DNA of 60,120 nt, from assembly GCA_945900455.1 (NCBI GenBank), contig CAMDJH010000005.1, positions 1 through 60,120 of the forward strand, read 5' to 3'. Made by a program: the position numbers and the translations under genes. Origin of the DNA: Akkermansia muciniphila (lineage in GTDB: Bacteria > Verrucomicrobiota > Verrucomicrobiia > Limisphaerales > UBA9464). How positions within the stretch are numbered: the first letter of the stretch is position 1; each line of letters begins with the position of its first letter. This document shows, piece by piece, positions 38,005-47,998 of this stretch. Under the pieces are notes generated by a model. The model was given only the letters and a program-made list of their open reading frames with translations, was not told where the DNA came from and ran no database searches.

Positions 38005-41000
38005 ATGAAGTTTTCTGTAATTGGAACCGCGTTATTCCTGGCCGTGATGGCTTTGGACATGGCAGCCCAGTCCGTATATCTGAATACTCAGAATGCCACT
38101 GCCCCAGACCAGATCGATGCCACCATTTTCATTAACCGCGGTACGTTTACCGCCGATCGGACCCTGCTGCCTTATGACTTCCAAAACACGTTGGTGTTTA
38201 CGAACAAGGGATTGATGGACGGCGTTCTTTCGGGAGGCGGTGGGTTCGGATTTTTTGCAAGTGTGTTCGCGGGCTATCGCTTTGATTACACGGATAGCTT
38301 GGGTGTTCGGAGACCTTCCCAAATATTTTTCAACTCCGACGCTGGCAAAGTTGACCTCGGAACCGAGGTGGCGGACCTGACCCAGTTGGGGTCCTTTCCA
38401 ACCCTTGATATCCGGGCCACCAATATTGTCAGCCGCGGCGAGCTGTCGGCTAGTGCAATTGGTGTCATTCGACTGACGGGAGATCACGTCGATCTTCGTG
38501 AGGGACTCATCAATGTCAGACCGCTTTTATCCGGGTCTGCATCGTCATCGACCAATGATTTCAATCCGGATGTCGCCCTGCAGGATGTCGCGTGGGGAAT
38601 CGGTGAAGTGGGTGTAAAACTTTCCTCCTTCGTTACCATCACCACTAAGACAGCGCCGACCAAGCTGCCATTTCTTGCGAGTGCCCTCACACCACGGTAT
38701 ATCGAAACAAATGTTGCAGGGCGTGAATTTCGGGACATTATCGCCATCCCATCGACCCCGATTGACCCCGCACCGGCCCACTTCTTTATCAACAAACTGA
38801 GCGAATCCAATCAATTCGTCCAAGGGGTGATTTTGCGTATTACGGATCCGACGATCCAGTCCAAGGTCACGTTTCATAATGTTGAACTGCCGGACGATCC
38901 CTATGGCCGGGTACTGGTTGACGTTTTCACGACGGAGCGAAACGAAATTACGGGTGTCCTTGACGAGCGCCATCTATATATCTTGGACGATTTAGCGAAA
39001 GGTCTGACACCAGTCTTTCTAACGAACCTCAATACGCTGAACACTTTCCGACCCTCGAATTTTGATGTTCGCCGAAGCCGTCCTCCGGGTCTGGACAAAG
39101 GTTCCATTTCGAACGCCCCGGTAGTCCCTGTGGATCTATTCACGAAATATTTCAACAAGGCCTACCCGTCTGGGTTGGACTATACCAACAAGACGGTGAC
39201 GAATATTTATTCCGCGTATCATGTGAGGGTGTCGGACCCCACGGACTCTTCAACTGGCACGGGTTTTACCGATGCCAGCCTCGGGGCCCTTCAATATTCC
39301 GGTCGAGTTGAGATCGATGCCAATGTTCTTGATATGACTCACACCCGTATTCGCGCTGAGGGTGCCGTATCGATCAAGGCCAATCATTTGCTAAACCTGG
39401 ATAGTGCCTTCATTGATTCGCCAAGGCTTTATTATGACATCGGAACGACCAACGAGGTCCTGGATCTGAAGCCCCTCAGCAAAAAGCAAGTGACGCGGTT
39501 GGATGGGAATGTTCGGATGTTCTCAACCCAATGGACCAATTTCGTCGAAGTGACGATTACGAATCCCCCCGTTGCGGCGGCTGCCAGTGTTCCGCGGGGA
39601 GCAAAATTGGCGAGCAATGGAGAAGGAGAAGGGGGAGGGGGTACCACCGAAGGGACTACGGAAACCTTGCACTTCGAAACCGGCTTTCACGTGCTAGTCG
39701 TTGATATTGGCCTTACCGCACTTCAACCCGTCGACGTCAAGAGCCTGACGACGCATGCCAAGCACGTGACGATCCCGGACAATGTTGCGATCAGTGGGAG
39801 TCTTCTCATGGATGCAACCGACCTCACGATCGGGGGCGACTTCTCGGCGCCCGAATTCAGTTCCGTGACAAATTTTCCGAACCTCACCTTGCTTACTAAC
39901 AAGGGTTCTATTTTCACGGGTTCCAGGGATATTCACTTGGGGGACCAGGGATCCCCAAAGATGGAAGTAATCCAGAACTCCGGACAGATCATCGCGTCCG
40001 GTCAGTTTTACAAAACAGATCGTTTTGTGAACCGAGGTTTTATGACCAACAGTGGTCAGCAGGAGATCGGAATTGAGAGCAAGACCTTGATTATGGAGAA
40101 TGGAACGATGGGTTCCATGGGTGAGGTCATGCTCAAGACCGAGGATTTTGTGACGCTCGACAACACGCTGGTCTCCGGATCCTTCCTGACGATGGATATC
40201 AGTTCGAGCGTTACGGATACGGTCGCGCGGCGTGGTTCCACCATTTCAGCCGGCCGCGGTATTACCTTGGTTCGGAAGCCCCAGCGCGGTGATTTTATGG
40301 CGACAAGGGTCCAGCTCGCTCTGCCTGCGCTTTATCGATCGGCAACTCTGAATTGGGCGGGGAGTGACGTGGGAGTGAATGTAACGGGCTTTACCAATAA
40401 TGCTGCCGTCGGAATTCTATCGTTGCGGGGCGACACGGGCGCCCGGTTTGACGTTACCGGATCTTCCGGGCCGGGAGCGATCTACGTTGATTTGCTCGAT
40501 ATCGGCACGAACATGCTGAAGGAGCTTGATTCGTTCCTAAACATTGCGCCGAATTTTACCATCTACTACGCGGCGGCGACCAATGTATTGGCCGAAGTTC
40601 TCGACGGAAAGCTGGACGGACGGCTTCGTTGGGTGTCTGCGTATTTGGGACCCTACAGCACGGTCGAAGTTGCTCTTGAGAGTGGTGAAGTCGTGAAGGT
40701 CAACAAGGGCGTCGCAGAAAGTTTGAAGCTGGATTACGATGGGGACGGTATACCAAACGGATTGGATCCAAGCCCTTTCGAGCGACCCGTAGTGAAGATT
40801 GATTCCATCTCCGTGGTGAACAAGCCGCCCCGGACCGCCATTGTGGTTTGGACGGCAGCGCCAGTCTCCTCCTATATACTCGAGAGCATCAGCACGTTGA
40901 AGTCCACGAATTGGGTTACGGTGAAGTCGATCTTTAACCCCGCCACGGCGCCTGCTCCGCTCTCGGTCGAAGACGTGGTTCCCCCCTCCAGCACAGAGAA

Positions 41001-41031
41001 ATACTATCGATTGCGCTTGGTGCTTCCGTAA
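38005..41031 (+). CDS. Large exported beta-rich (beta-helix-like) protein with DxDGDG motif and conserved C-terminal domain
   Basis: Signal peptide MKFSVIG..AAQ; repeated N-x-G-x-(I/F/M) turns; DYDGDGIPN; ends KYYRLRLVLP. Confidence 0.75.
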   Translation: MKFSVIGTALFLAVMALDMAAQSVYLNTQNATAPDQIDATIFINRGTFTADRTLLPYDFQNTLVFTNKGLMDGVLSGGGGFGFFASVFAGYRFDYTDSLGVRRPSQIFFNSDAGKVDLGTEVADLTQLGSFPTLDIRATNIVSRGELSASAIGVIRLTGDHVDLREGLINVRPLLSGSASSSTNDFNPDVALQDVAWGIGEVGVKLSSFVTITTKTAPTKLPFLASALTPRYIETNVAGREFRDIIAIPSTPIDPAPAHFFINKLSESNQFVQGVILRITDPTIQSKVTFHNVELPDDPYGRVLVDVFTTERNEITGVLDERHLYILDDLAKGLTPVFLTNLNTLNTFRPSNFDVRRSRPPGLDKGSISNAPVVPVDLFTKYFNKAYPSGLDYTNKTVTNIYSAYHVRVSDPTDSSTGTGFTDASLGALQYSGRVEIDANVLDMTHTRIRAEGAVSIKANHLLNLDSAFIDSPRLYYDIGTTNEVLDLKPLSKKQVTRLDGNVRMFSTQWTNFVEVTITNPPVAAAASVPRGAKLASNGEGEGGGGTTEGTTETLHFETGFHVLVVDIGLTALQPVDVKSLTTHAKHVTIPDNVAISGSLLMDATDLTIGGDFSAPEFSSVTNFPNLTLLTNKGSIFTGSRDIHLGDQGSPKMEVIQNSGQIIASGQFYKTDRFVNRGFMTNSGQQEIGIESKTLIMENGTMGSMGEVMLKTEDFVTLDNTLVSGSFLTMDISSSVTDTVARRGSTISAGRGITLVRKPQRGDFMATRVQLALPALYRSATLNWAGSDVGVNVTGFTNNAAVGILSLRGDTGARFDVTGSSGPGAIYVDLLDIGTNMLKELDSFLNIAPNFTIYYAAATNVLAEVLDGKLDGRLRWVSAYLGPYSTVEVALESGEVVKVNKGVAESLKLDYDGDGIPNGLDPSPFERPVVKIDSISVVNKPPRTAIVVWTAAPVSSYILESISTLKSTNWVTVKSIFNPATAPAPLSVEDVVPPSSTEKYYRLRLVLP

Positions 41032-41070
41032 GGGTTGCCAGTCCAGTCGCGGATGGGATTTCTATTCACT

Positions 41071-41097
41071 AGCCGTGCATGGGTGCACGGCTTTTTT
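41071..41097 (+). terminator. Intrinsic terminator closing the secretin operon
   Basis: AGCCGTGCA-TGGG-TGCACGGCT followed by T-tract. Confidence 0.85.
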
Positions 41098-41173
41098 CTT
41101 GCACGGATTTGAGAGCGGCCTGGACCTTACAGCAGAGGAGTAGTGAGTCGAAGGACGGCACGGATCGACTTCT

Positions 41174-41764
41174 ATGATTGCGATTGGCATAACCGGTGGA
41201 ATTGGGATGGGTAAATCCACGGCCGCGGCGTGGTTGTGCAAGCGAGGAGAATCGGTCTGCGACACGGATATTCTCGCCCGGGATTTGGTTATGCCCGGCC
41301 AACCCGCTTTGAAGGAGATCGTCGATCGGTTTGGGCCCACTGCCTTGGAGCCGGATGGTCAACTCGATCGACGATGGCTCGCGGAACGGGTTTTCACGGA
41401 TGATTCAGCTCGGAATCAACTTGAGCAAATCCTGCACCCGAGGATTCATGAGAAATGGAAATCCTGGGTGACGCAAGCCGGTCTCCAGGGCGCTACCCGT
41501 GCGTTCGTGGTGATCCCGTTGCTTTTTGAAAAGGGCTACCAATCGGAGTTCGACCAAGTAGTTTGCCTCGGGTGCACGGCCGGAACCCAGCGGCGTCGAT
41601 TGCGTGAAAGGGGTTGGAACGACTCCCAAATCTCGCAACGAAATGCGACGCAATTGACGACCGATTTCAAAATGGCTCATTCCAATTTTGTCGTCTGGAC
41701 GGAAGGGCTCCTGGCGGTTCATGAATCCCAGTGGACTCTTGTTTTGGCGAGGCTTGGGGGCTAA
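41174..41764 (+). CDS. coaE: Dephospho-CoA kinase
   Basis: GITGGIGMGKST, LDRRWLA..VF, LEQILHP, IPLLFE. Confidence 0.93.
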   Translation: MIAIGITGGIGMGKSTAAAWLCKRGESVCDTDILARDLVMPGQPALKEIVDRFGPTALEPDGQLDRRWLAERVFTDDSARNQLEQILHPRIHEKWKSWVTQAGLQGATRAFVVIPLLFEKGYQSEFDQVVCLGCTAGTQRRRLRERGWNDSQISQRNATQLTTDFKMAHSNFVVWTEGLLAVHESQWTLVLARLGG

Positions 41765-41775
41765 TGGCCACCGGA

Positions 41776-42345
41776 CTACTTGCTTCCGGGCTTCACTGCG
41801 GGTATTTCCGCGAGGTCGGCTGGGAGTTGGTCCGGGGAAAACGTTTCAACCTCAAGCGCAATCAGCGAGAACGTCGGAACTCCCAGATCTACTTTCCCGT
41901 TGGAACGATCCACGATCATTCCCACTCCGACCACGGTGCCACCGTGCCGGCGAACAATCTCCATGGTTTCGTTCACGCGGCCTCCTTTTGTCACGACGTC
42001 TTCCACCACTAGGCAGCGCTCGCCCGATCCGATTTTGAATCCCCGGCGGAAGACTAAACTTCCGTCGTCATTCTTTTCCGCAAAGACGAACCGGCATCCC
42101 AGTTGGCGTGCCACTTCTTGGCCAATCACCAACCCACCCAGGGCCGGGGCGATAATCGTCCTCGGCTGCAGATGCCGAACCTTTGCGCTGAGCGCAGCTC
42201 CGAATCGCTCGACCAGCGGCATTTCCTGCAGCGCGAGGGCGCATTGGAAAAATTGCCGGCTGTGCAGACCGCTTCGCAGGACAAAATGCCCGTCGAGCAA
42301 GGCACCGGTTTTGCGGAATAACTGCAGTGCATCGGTCGTTGTCAT
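41776..42345 (-). CDS. pyrE: Orotate phosphoribosyltransferase
   Basis: GHFVLRSGLHS, PRPP-binding VVEDVVTKGG, IVDRS, KPGSK end. Confidence 0.93.
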   Translation of the reverse strand: MTTTDALQLFRKTGALLDGHFVLRSGLHSRQFFQCALALQEMPLVERFGAALSAKVRHLQPRTIIAPALGGLVIGQEVARQLGCRFVFAEKNDDGSLVFRRGFKIGSGERCLVVEDVVTKGGRVNETMEIVRRHGGTVVGVGMIVDRSNGKVDLGVPTFSLIALEVETFSPDQLPADLAEIPAVKPGSK

Positions 42346-42394
42346 TGGCGGCCAAGCCTAGGAGGCAACACGACTGCGACAAGCTTGAATCCGT

Positions 42395-43048
42395 TCATGG
42401 CTTTGCTGCGGATGGGCAAAGGATCCTAAGCTCACAGCCCGGACAGTCCGGCTTTCTGGCAGTGCAGCGGCGCCGACCGTGCCAGATCAGCCAATGGCTG
42501 AAAGCAGTCCAAGACTCCACGGGAACAAGCTGTCGGAGGGATTGTTCAATTTTTACCGGTGATGATTCCGAACTCAGCCCGAGGCGCTGGGCGAGGCGGG
42601 CGACGTGCGTATCGACCACGATGCCCAGGTTTAGCCCAAAGGCCGTTCCCAGCACAACATTCGCCGTCTTGCGACCCACCCCCGCGAGAGCGGTCAGCTC
42701 TGCCATCGTCCGGGGCACCTCGCCTCCGTACCGGTCGACCAGTGCTCGACAGCAGGCCTGGATGTTGCGGGCTTTACTGCGATATAACCCAATACGCCGG
42801 ATGTCTTCGGCCAACTTCGCGAGGTCCGCCTCCGCAAAGTCACGGGCCGTTCGGTACTTGTGGAATAAGTCGTTGGTTACGACGTTGACTTGCCGGTCGG
42901 TCGATTGGGCGGAGAGAATTGTCGCGATGAGGAGCTCGAACGGTGAGCGGTGGTTAAGTTCGCAGTGAGCGTCCGGGTAGCCGATCCCGAGCGCCGCAAT
43001 GATCTGAGCGGTCCTTTTCCGGCGATCAACTTGGGATTCGCGACGCAT
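42395..43048 (-). CDS. nth: Endonuclease III
   Basis: LLIATILSAQSTD, HhH LAGVGRKTANV, VDTHV, CTARKPDCPGC..C 4Fe-4S; ATG 43048. Confidence 0.95.
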   Translation of the reverse strand: MRRESQVDRRKRTAQIIAALGIGYPDAHCELNHRSPFELLIATILSAQSTDRQVNVVTNDLFHKYRTARDFAEADLAKLAEDIRRIGLYRSKARNIQACCRALVDRYGGEVPRTMAELTALAGVGRKTANVVLGTAFGLNLGIVVDTHVARLAQRLGLSSESSPVKIEQSLRQLVPVESWTAFSHWLIWHGRRRCTARKPDCPGCELRILCPSAAKP

Positions 43049-43097
43049 GCGGCGGCTGGCCAAGGTAACCGAGACAGAGCAAGAGAACGCGTGCGAT

Positions 43098-44468
43098 TCA
43101 GCGGTCCTTCGGCCTTGCCTCCCGGTAGGCTTCGGCAAGAAGTGTCACCGGGTGGACAATACGCAGGTCCATGCCGCGTTGGCGGCATCCGTTTTGGATT
43201 TGCAGCAGGCAACCTGGATTTCCCGTGGCGACCGTGGTGGCACCGGTCGTTACGATATGATCGACTTTACGATCGAGAAGCTGTCCTGCCATCTCGGGTT
43301 GGGTAAGATTGTAGATACCGGCGCTCCCGCAGCACCATGTAGATTCGGGGAGCTCGATCAGCTCGACCCCAGGAATTGCCTTCAAGACCTGTCTCGGCTG
43401 GCTGGTGATCTTCTGCCCATGGCAAAGGTGGCACGCCTCGTGATAGGTCACCCGCTGCGTCACCGCCGAAGCCGTCGCCGGTGGCTGAACACCAATTTCC
43501 ACCAACCACTCGTGGATGTCTTTTACCTTGCGATCCCATTCGGCCGCGCGAACCGCGTAGTAGGGATCGTCCGCGAGCAAATGGGAATAATGCTTCAGGT
43601 GCGACCCGCATCCGGCTGCATTGGTGATGATTGCGTCATATTGCCCGGGCGGAAATTGGTCGATCGCTTTTCGGGCGAGCGCTTGGGCCAGTTCCCATTC
43701 CCCATTGTGAGCGTGGAGCGAGCCGCAGCATCCCTGCTCGGGAGGCGTATGGACTTCGCACCCGCTCTGGGCCAGGACTTCGACCGTGTCCCGGTTGACG
43801 TCGCTAAAAATCAAGTCCTGAGCGCACCCTGTCAGCATCGCTACGCGGTATCGTGCAATCCCGCGGGGTGGCGTCACCGGCGAGATCAAGTCTGAAGAGA
43901 AATTTGGCTGGATCGTCGGAGTCATCGCCTCGAGTTCCCGAAGGCGGCGGGGAAGAAGATTGAGGATCCCGCTTCGGCGCACGAGCGTTTGCAGGCCGAG
44001 TTGCTGCCAAAGCCGCAGGAGCGAGCCGACCCATTGGAGTCGAGCGTGCTCCATGAAAAGCCACCGCAACGTAAAGCCCCGGATGAGCGATCGCCGTGGC
44101 GAGTTCAAGACGCCAACGCGCTCCGCTTCGGCGCGAGCGTGTTCGAAGAGCTCGGCGTAATTGACGCCGGCGGGACAGGCTGTCATGCAGGCAAGGCAGC
44201 CCAGACAGAAATACATTTCGTCGGCGAACGCCTTGGTCGGTTCCAGGCGATCGTCCGCGATGGCCCGCATCAGTGCGATGCGTCCCCGTGGACTGTTCCG
44301 TTCCAGGTGGGTTGCGTCATACGTGGGACAGGTCGGCAGGCACAGACCACAGTGCATGCACTGTTGGACCACCGAGTAGTCAAGATCCTTGAGATGAGAT
44401 CGGACGCCGGACATCGTGCGTTGGAGAGTGGCGGTCCCGACAGGAGGTGTCGCTAGCAAAATCGGCAT
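43098..44468 (-). CDS. glcF: Glycolate oxidase Fe-S subunit-like (GlcF) protein
   Basis: CMHCGLCLPTCP, CLGCLACMTACP, CCG domains (GCCGSL, YHEACHL, WCCGSAG, NPGC); start 44414 or 44468. Confidence 0.85.
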   Translation of the reverse strand: MPILLATPPVGTATLQRTMSGVRSHLKDLDYSVVQQCMHCGLCLPTCPTYDATHLERNSPRGRIALMRAIADDRLEPTKAFADEMYFCLGCLACMTACPAGVNYAELFEHARAEAERVGVLNSPRRSLIRGFTLRWLFMEHARLQWVGSLLRLWQQLGLQTLVRRSGILNLLPRRLRELEAMTPTIQPNFSSDLISPVTPPRGIARYRVAMLTGCAQDLIFSDVNRDTVEVLAQSGCEVHTPPEQGCCGSLHAHNGEWELAQALARKAIDQFPPGQYDAIITNAAGCGSHLKHYSHLLADDPYYAVRAAEWDRKVKDIHEWLVEIGVQPPATASAVTQRVTYHEACHLCHGQKITSQPRQVLKAIPGVELIELPESTWCCGSAGIYNLTQPEMAGQLLDRKVDHIVTTGATTVATGNPGCLLQIQNGCRQRGMDLRIVHPVTLLAEAYREARPKDR

Positions 44469-44569
44469 AACCTCATCTTGTGGTTGTTTGACGCAGATTG
44501 AATGTCTGGTACTGTGACCCTGGATTCCAGTTTGTGTGGGCAAGTTTTTCCAAGACGAAGCCTTGGGCA

Positions 44570-44830
44570 ATGGCCGATGCCGGCGGTTTGAACGTGACTC
44601 TTCTGCCGTCGCAGTTCACTCCGCGCCGCTGTGGCTTGGAATTTGATTCGCAGTGCCGTTGGCCCTTGTTCTCGGAGCTGAAAATCTCCGTCCGGACCGC
44701 CGGACGGGAGTTTTTGATTTGCGCTGAGGTTGTTGCGTGCGACCCGGTCGACGGTGGAATCTGGCGGGTAGCCGTCTTTTTCCTTCAGATTTCGAGCCGC
44801 CCCTCGCAGATTACGTGGCTGGTTGCCTAG
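44570..44830 (+). CDS. Small PilZ-like beta-barrel protein
   Basis: GLEFDS...LFSELKISV...CAEVVAC....WRVAVFF pattern; directly upstream of the PilT/PilU gene; no RxxxR motif. Confidence 0.5.
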   Translation: MADAGGLNVTLLPSQFTPRRCGLEFDSQCRWPLFSELKISVRTAGREFLICAEVVACDPVDGGIWRVAVFFLQISSRPSQITWLVA

Positions 44831-44881
44831 CGCTTGCCGGGCAACTCCGAGGCGGCGTCGGTTGGGGAGCTTGTATTTTAT

Positions 44882-45970
44882 ATGGAATTACTTCGAGGAA
44901 TTTTGAAAGCCGCCGTCGATGGCGGTGCATCCGACATCCACATCAAGATCGGTGCTCCGGTGATAGTTCGAATCAATCGCCAGTTGATCGCGGTTGATGC
45001 GCCGTCACCGACCACGGCATGGCTCGACAACGTGGTCGAGAAAATGGTCCCGTCGCATGCAAAAAAGCGGCTGGAGGAGGATCGAGAAGTTGATTTCAGT
45101 TACTTTGAGCAGGGGATTGGGCGGTTCCGCACGAACATTTTTCAGCAACGGGGAAGCTTCGCTCTCGCGATGCGTTACGTGAAGACGCAGGTGCCGAGCT
45201 TCGAGGAGTTGGGATTGCTGCCGATCATCAAGGAAATCGCTAAGGCTCCGCGCGGGATCGTGCTCGTGGCCGGAACGACTGGCTGCGGAAAGTCGACGAC
45301 TCTGGCCGCGATGATCGAGCACATTAACGCCAGCTTCAAGAAGCACATTATCACCCTCGAAGATCCAATCGAATTCGTCTTCGACGATAACCAAAGCGTG
45401 ATCGAACAGCGGGAAATCGGGCTGGACAGTGCCAGCTTTGAGCAGGGGCTCAAACATGTGCTTCGCCAGGATCCCGACATTATCATGGTCGGTGAGATGC
45501 GGGATTCCATTTCCTTTCAGGCCGCCATGAGCGCTGCCGATACGGGACATTTGGTCCTTTCAACCTTGCATACGCAGAATGCCGCACAATCGATCGGGCG
45601 AATTCTCGATTTCTTCCGCCCCGAGGAACGGGAACAAATCCGCCGCCAATTGGCGGCAACGCTCCGGGCCGTCATCTGCCAACGAATGGTCGGAACAATT
45701 TCCGGCGGCGTGACGCCGGCCCTTGAGATCCTGATCAACACCCCCACGGTGAAAAAAATGCTCGAAGAAAACCGCTTGGAAAAAATCGGAGCCGCCATCG
45801 AAACGGCTCGTGACGATGGCATGCAGACCTTTAATCAGGCGATGTACGATCTCGTGAAGGAGCGCAAAATCTCCGAGAAAGAAGCCCTCACGAAAGCCAG
45901 CAACCCGCAGGCCCTCGAAATGATGTTCAAGGGAATCTTCCTCGACGAAGGGCGCCGCATTCTCTCGTAA
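44882..45970 (+). CDS. PilT/PilU-family type IV pilus ATPase
   Basis: ASDIHI, Walker A GTTGCGKST, TLEDPIE, LRQDPDIIMVGEMRD, TGHLVLSTLHT, GMQTFNQ; lacks AIRNLIRE (has TVKKMLEE), so PilU-like. Confidence 0.92.
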   Translation: MELLRGILKAAVDGGASDIHIKIGAPVIVRINRQLIAVDAPSPTTAWLDNVVEKMVPSHAKKRLEEDREVDFSYFEQGIGRFRTNIFQQRGSFALAMRYVKTQVPSFEELGLLPIIKEIAKAPRGIVLVAGTTGCGKSTTLAAMIEHINASFKKHIITLEDPIEFVFDDNQSVIEQREIGLDSASFEQGLKHVLRQDPDIIMVGEMRDSISFQAAMSAADTGHLVLSTLHTQNAAQSIGRILDFFRPEEREQIRRQLAATLRAVICQRMVGTISGGVTPALEILINTPTVKKMLEENRLEKIGAAIETARDDGMQTFNQAMYDLVKERKISEKEALTKASNPQALEMMFKGIFLDEGRRILS

Positions 45971-45983
45971 GAGCCCGCAAGCG

Positions 45984-47258
45984 TCAGGCCGCAGCCGCAG
46001 AATGCTTCCGATCCAGCATGGGCTTGGCTTCCCCTCGGACGACCGCCCGATTGATCCTGACGCCCACGATGTCTCCAGAACCCGGAAGTTCGAACATAAC
46101 GTCTCTCATTAATCGTTCCATCATGGCACGTAGTGCCCGAGCTCCGGTCCCCTTCCGGATGGCTTGCGTGGCAAGCTCTCGGACGGCATCCGGCGTCAGG
46201 ACCAGCTCCGCTCCATCCAATGACAAGAGCCGGGAGAATTGCTTTACCAGGGAGTTCTTGGGCTCGGTGAGAATCTGCACGAGCTGATCTTCGGAGAGCT
46301 CGTCCAGAATCGTCACGACGGGAAGTCGGCCGATAAACTCCGGGATGAAACCGTAGGTCAGCAGATCCTCGGGCTCGATCTTATGAAGGATCTCTTGCGT
46401 CGTTGCCTTGGCGGCTTCGATGGATTCCGGACCCGCCGAAAATCCCATGACGCGCCGGCCAAGGCGCCGCTGAATCACGCGGTCAATGCCCACAAACGCT
46501 CCGCCGCAGATGAACAAAATATTGGTTGTATCGACCTTGATGTACTCCTGCTGAGGATGCTTGCGCCCCCCTTGCGGTGGAACACTGCAGAGAGTGCCTT
46601 CTAAAATCTTCAGCAAACCCTGCTGAACTCCTTCGCCGCTCACGTCCCGGGTGATCGACACGTTTTCCGTTTTGCGTGCGATCTTGTCGATTTCGTCAAT
46701 GTACACGATTCCGACCTGTGCCCGCTTGACGTCATAGTCGGCATTGTGCAGCAGGCGGAGGATGATGTTTTCAACGTCCTCCCCCACGTATCCAGCCTCC
46801 GTGATGGATGTGGCGTCAGCGATTGCAAATGGAACATCCAGGATTCGCGCCAGCGTTCGGGCGAGCATCGTCTTCCCTGAACCCGTCGGCCCCACCACCA
46901 GCACGTTGCTTTTTTCCAATTCAACACCACCCTCGGCGGGCGCGGGAATCTCGGCCCCCACTCCGTTCGACAAGATTCGCTTGTAGTGATTGTACACTGC
47001 GACCGCGAGTGTCCGCTTGGCTTCGTCCTGGCCAATTACAAATTGATCCAGATGGGCTTTGATCGCAGCAGGTTTTGGGACTGTCAGGGAGTGAACCTGC
47101 TTCTGGACGTCCTGTTTCAATTCCTTATCCAGGAGCGTCTTGCAAGTCACCACGCACGTATCGCAGATGTACACCCCGGGACCGGCGATCAGCTTTTTCA
47201 CCTCGGCACGCGACTTGCCGCAAAAGCTGCACATGGTGATCTGGGATGCTCGGGCCAT
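45984..47258 (-). CDS. clpX: ATP-dependent Clp protease ATP-binding subunit
   Basis: CSFCGK..CDTC zinc domain, [29 protein letters not shown]. Confidence 0.97.
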   Translation of the reverse strand: MARASQITMCSFCGKSRAEVKKLIAGPGVYICDTCVVTCKTLLDKELKQDVQKQVHSLTVPKPAAIKAHLDQFVIGQDEAKRTLAVAVYNHYKRILSNGVGAEIPAPAEGGVELEKSNVLVVGPTGSGKTMLARTLARILDVPFAIADATSITEAGYVGEDVENIILRLLHNADYDVKRAQVGIVYIDEIDKIARKTENVSITRDVSGEGVQQGLLKILEGTLCSVPPQGGRKHPQQEYIKVDTTNILFICGGAFVGIDRVIQRRLGRRVMGFSAGPESIEAAKATTQEILHKIEPEDLLTYGFIPEFIGRLPVVTILDELSEDQLVQILTEPKNSLVKQFSRLLSLDGAELVLTPDAVRELATQAIRKGTGARALRAMMERLMRDVMFELPGSGDIVGVRINRAVVRGEAKPMLDRKHSAAAA

Positions 47259-47288
47259 AGGCGGGGAACTAGTCGAAGTGGCGGGTGA

Positions 47289-47936
47289 TCAGGGAGCCTT
47301 TGGCGCATCGGTGGCAACCACGATGGGAATTTCCCGACGACTGGTAACGACCTCATCGACCAGTCCAAATGCCTTGGCGTCCTCGGAGCTCATGAAATTG
47401 TCCCGGTCGCACGCCTTTTCGACAATGGCATAGGGCTGGCCGGTGTGTTTACTGAGGATGGTATTGAGACGTTGTTTGAGTTTCAGCATATAGTTCACTC
47501 GGATTTCAACGTCACTAGCCTGGCCCTCCGCCCCACCGAGCACTTGGTGGATCATGATGTTTGCATTCGGTAGTGCAAATCGTTTTCCCTTCGTGCCACC
47601 CGCCAGCAGGACCGCTCCCATGCTCGCTGCCTGTCCGATACAGTAAGTGTTCACGTCGCAGGTGAGCCATTGCATTGTATCGTAAATGGCCAAGCCCGCA
47701 GTGACGCTGCCGCCCGGCGAATTGATATAGAAGTGGATGTCCTTCTTCGGATCATTCATCTGGAGGAAGAGAAACTGCGCAACAATCACATTCGCCACCA
47801 TGTCATCCACCGGCGTGCCGAGGAATATGATCCGGTCCACCAGCAATCGGGAGTAAAGGTCGTAACCTCGCTCGCCGCGGCCGGTTTGTTCAATGACATA
47901 CGGGATCGAGAAATTTTGGATGGGCTCGTTTTTCAA
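47289..47936 (-). CDS. clpP: ATP-dependent Clp protease proteolytic subunit
   Basis: [28 protein letters not shown]; TTG start. Confidence 0.96.
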   Translation of the reverse strand: MKNEPIQNFSIPYVIEQTGRGERGYDLYSRLLVDRIIFLGTPVDDMVANVIVAQFLFLQMNDPKKDIHFYINSPGGSVTAGLAIYDTMQWLTCDVNTYCIGQAASMGAVLLAGGTKGKRFALPNANIMIHQVLGGAEGQASDVEIRVNYMLKLKQRLNTILSKHTGQPYAIVEKACDRDNFMSSEDAKAFGLVDEVVTSRREIPIVVATDAPKAP

Positions 47937-47998
47937 GGCCCGCTAAAGCTAGGAGGGGCGTTCGAGACCGTCAAGGTGGCCCCCTGCTCCATGAACCA

